Origin: Eledone cirrhosa | Lineage: Eukaryota | Assembly: GCA_964016885.1 (NCBI GenBank) | Contig: OZ024758.1 | Location: 30,752,001-30,816,000, forward strand | Length of the DNA stretch: 64,000 nucleotides | Reading direction: 5' to 3' | In this document: piece after piece, positions 60,751 through 64,000 of the stretch | Layout: every line of letters starts with the position of its first letter | How positions within the stretch are numbered: position 1 is the stretch's first letter | Notes under the pieces: generated by a model | The model's input: only the letters and a program-made list of their open reading frames with translations | What the model was told of the DNA's origin: nothing | The model's database searches: none | Translations under genes and position numbers: made by a program

Positions 60751-61346
60751 ACACTGGTCTTTCATATTTTCTATCGTCAATGACTTGATCAGTTTCATTA
60801 CAAGTTTATTACAAGAATCAAACTTGCTTCATCTTTCATCTTTCGTAATGAGTTCAACACTTATCCAGAGCTGCTCAACCGATTAATATCTAAAAATAAA
60901 TAACTTAGAGACAACAGTCACATTATAAACAGTAGCCTAGTTAGAGTTAACATATTGAATGTATTTCATGTGTTGGCCATTAAAATGCTAATTAGAAATA
61001 ATTTAGCGGGGTGGGGAATCCATTAATCAGTGACTAATATTGTCTTCATTTTAGTGAAACCACGACCAGAGATATTTCATAGATTAATATGTTTTTCCTC
61101 ATCGAATATGTTTTAATAGTTCTTTTTTTAATGTTCCTTACACTAATTGAATTATTGGTTAGTAATTCAATTCTGTTGTTTTAAATGGTTTCTATTACAG
61201 CAAACACTGCTTCATGTTATATTCCGACATTGATTTGAACTTAAGCAGCCTCATTTGTTGATCAACAAACAACAAGTTTTACATTTTATGATGCTATGAA
61301 TAATTAACAGTGCCCCCCTCTCTCTCTCTATATATATATATGAATT

Positions 61347-61402
<56 letters not shown>

Positions 61403-61447
61403 CACACGCAAACACACACGTAAATATATATATATACATATATGTAA

Positions 61448-61592
<145 letters not shown>

Positions 61593-61766
61593 TAGTAATA
61601 ATTGTTTCTACTTTTGGCACAAGGCCAGCAATTATCTCAGTGTATTACTGGTACTTTATATATAGTAATAATAATTGTGATGTCTAAAATTCGAGGAATC
61701 TTGACAAGCCGTAGCTTGGAGCTTGGGTACACTTTAGGTAAATTCTTTACCTAATTGCTCTTCACA

Positions 61767-61854
<88 letters not shown>

Positions 61855-61869
61855 TATATACATATATAA

Positions 61870-61936
<67 letters not shown>

Positions 61937-62013
61937 CATATATATATACATATATAAATATACATATATATATATATATATATACATATATATATACATA
62001 TATAAATATACAT

Positions 62014-62044
<31 letters not shown>

Positions 62045-62155
62045 CATATATATATATATATACACATATACATATATATATATAAATTATATAAATATAT
62101 ATATATATTGATGAAAAAGAACAAAGGAACTATTATGACATTATAACAAGTTTAT

Positions 62156-62202
62156 TGCCGACAGCCGTTTCGTCCGACCATATGGTGGGACTTTTCAAGG
62201 CA
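62156..62202 (-). ncRNA. Hammerhead ribozyme with U3-A8 core
   Basis: tgcc-TTGAAAA-gtcc..ggac-GAAA-cggctg-TC-ggca. Confidence 0.8.
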
Positions 62203-62525
62203 TATAACAGGTAATTGTAAGTTCATTATTTTCATCAACGTTTCACTCAAGATTAGCAGTTTGAAATCGTGGTATACATCAACAGCTCAGCTTGTTTATC
62301 TGGGGTCTATATTCTAAAGGGGCTCTTTTATATTAGTTGTAGGAGTTGTAAAAGGGATGGGTTGTAGGGAGTTAAGAGAATTTGAAAAGGGCCTAAAAGT
62401 TAGGGATTGAAGGTTAAAAATTAAAGTTACACTGTAATTTAAGTTACACATCAAAAGTAAAAGACTTGGGATCTCTTACAAGCACCTTAAAAAATCCCTC
62501 AATATATATATATTGAGGGATATGT

Positions 62526-62589
<64 letters not shown>

Positions 62590-62660
62590 ACATAGATATA
62601 TACCATAATAAAATACTTGGCACACTTTTCACCATCTTTTGATCTTATATTATATATATA

Positions 62661-62889
62661 TAAGCAAAAGGGATATTTAATTTGTTGGTAAGTCAACAAA
62701 TATAAATGTTTATAACAGATTCGAAGCACTCGACGGTTTTCTGGAGTATAATATCAATGATATTAATAAATGGAAGCTATATTTATAAAACCATATTTAT
62801 TCTATTATATATATTTCAAGGGTACCAAAACTTTGGTACGCTATCATCAGATAAAATACAAAGTTTGTTTCATAAATATATATATATAA

Positions 62890-62969
<80 letters not shown>

Positions 62970-63187
62970 GATATTAAACAAATGGAAACTATATTTATAA
63001 AACCATATTTATTTCATTATACATATTTCAGGGATACCATATTAAAAATATGGCATGCCTTCTTCAGATAAAATACAATATATAAGCAGTTTTATAAATA
63101 AATTTGACGTACCATAAAATATTGATCAACTTCCATTTAAAAAAAGTTGGTTTGGTAGTATAAAAGTTGGTAGCATAAAAGTACGTT

Positions 63188-63232
<45 letters not shown>

Positions 63233-63430
63233 ATATCCAGGAAGAAGATCTTAACGGTTCATGTTTTTCCTGAACCGTTAAGATCTCCTTCCTGGATATG
63301 TCAATATTCATAAAACAAACTTTGTATTTTATCTGATGAGAGTGTACCAAAGTTTTGGTACCCTTGAAATATATATAATAGAATAAATATGGTTTTATAA
63401 ATATAGTTTCCATTTATTAATATCATTGAT
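62661..63430. mobile_element. Family B asymmetric IR element with nested inserts
   Basis: HHRs at 62798-62858(-) and 63325-63385(+); nested B-related copy 62968-63125 with HHR at 63010-63075(-). Confidence 0.8.
63325..63385 (+). ncRNA. Hammerhead ribozyme (family B)
   Basis: tattttat-CTGATGA-gagtgtaccaaa/tttggtaccctt-GAAA-tatata-TA-atagaata. Confidence 0.85.
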
Positions 63431-63444
63431 ATATATATCTATCT

Positions 63445-64000
63445 AGGGCGGGTAAAATTCCCGAGTTCTCTCCAGCGGTCTCTGTCCCTCATTATCGCTG
63501 CCATATCCTGCGTCTCCAACAGACCAGTGTCTGTCCTTAGCGCATCAACTTACGTTAACCTTGGTCTTCCGCTTACAGTGTGTCCATGTAGGGGCTCCCA
63601 CAGTAGCACTGAGTGCAATGTCAACTCTGGATGTCGGTGAGCATGTCCAGCTAACCTCAATCTCCTCTGTGTCACTTTTGAGCTGACTCTTGGGAGGCTC
63701 CGATACAGCTCTGAGTTGTTCATCCTCAGTGTATACTGAGTAATGTTCAGAGCCATCCTCAGCATTCTCGTGTAGCACCCATCCACCATCTGAGTGAGTT
63801 TCTTGGTCAGTGTCCAAGTCTCAGGCCGTACAGTAGCACAGACCCCACTACAGCAATGAAGAGGCGGACCTTCAGGTCTTCCCGAAGGTCCGACTTCCAC
63901 ACCGATCTCAAGCTGTGGCACGCCGCCCAGGCTTTGATCTTCCTCTCAACCAGATCATCTTCCGTATTCCCAATCTTTGCTCCCAAATACAGGAAGTCCT
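63445..64000 (-). mobile_element. RTE-clade LINE RT C-terminal fragment
   Basis: DFLYLG..ETWTLTKKLTQMVDGCYTRMLRMALNI..RRLRLAGHAHRH..GRPRLT. Confidence 0.85.

Overview
This is an AT-rich, non-coding animal genomic window. The SINE and LINE content resembles octopus (inferred from sequence resemblance, not a database search). I can support no host protein-coding gene; nearly all long ORFs in the track (YIYI/ICIY/THTH) are translations of (TA)n/(CA)n microsatellites. Between the (TA)n tracts are tRNA-derived SINEs, RTE and CR1-type LINE fragments, and decayed Penelope-like element (PLE) coding fragments (RT + GIY-YIG at ~50.2-51.6 kb; Naiad-like GIY-YIG at ~13.2 and ~47.1 kb). The main signal is about 45-50 type I hammerhead ribozyme (HHR) motifs, found by eye on both strands, in well over a dozen different short non-coding element families. 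Most sit in (TA)n, and many form asymmetric inverted repeats with fixed ends and variable fold-back points. Many share a 3' RCTC..GAGY hairpin, some are terminally redundant monomers of 178-497 nt, and in two cases an arm begins exactly at the predicted ribozyme cleavage site. I infer a diverse PLE-driven, retrozyme-like system targeting (TA)n. Coordinates were counted manually and may be off by a few nt.
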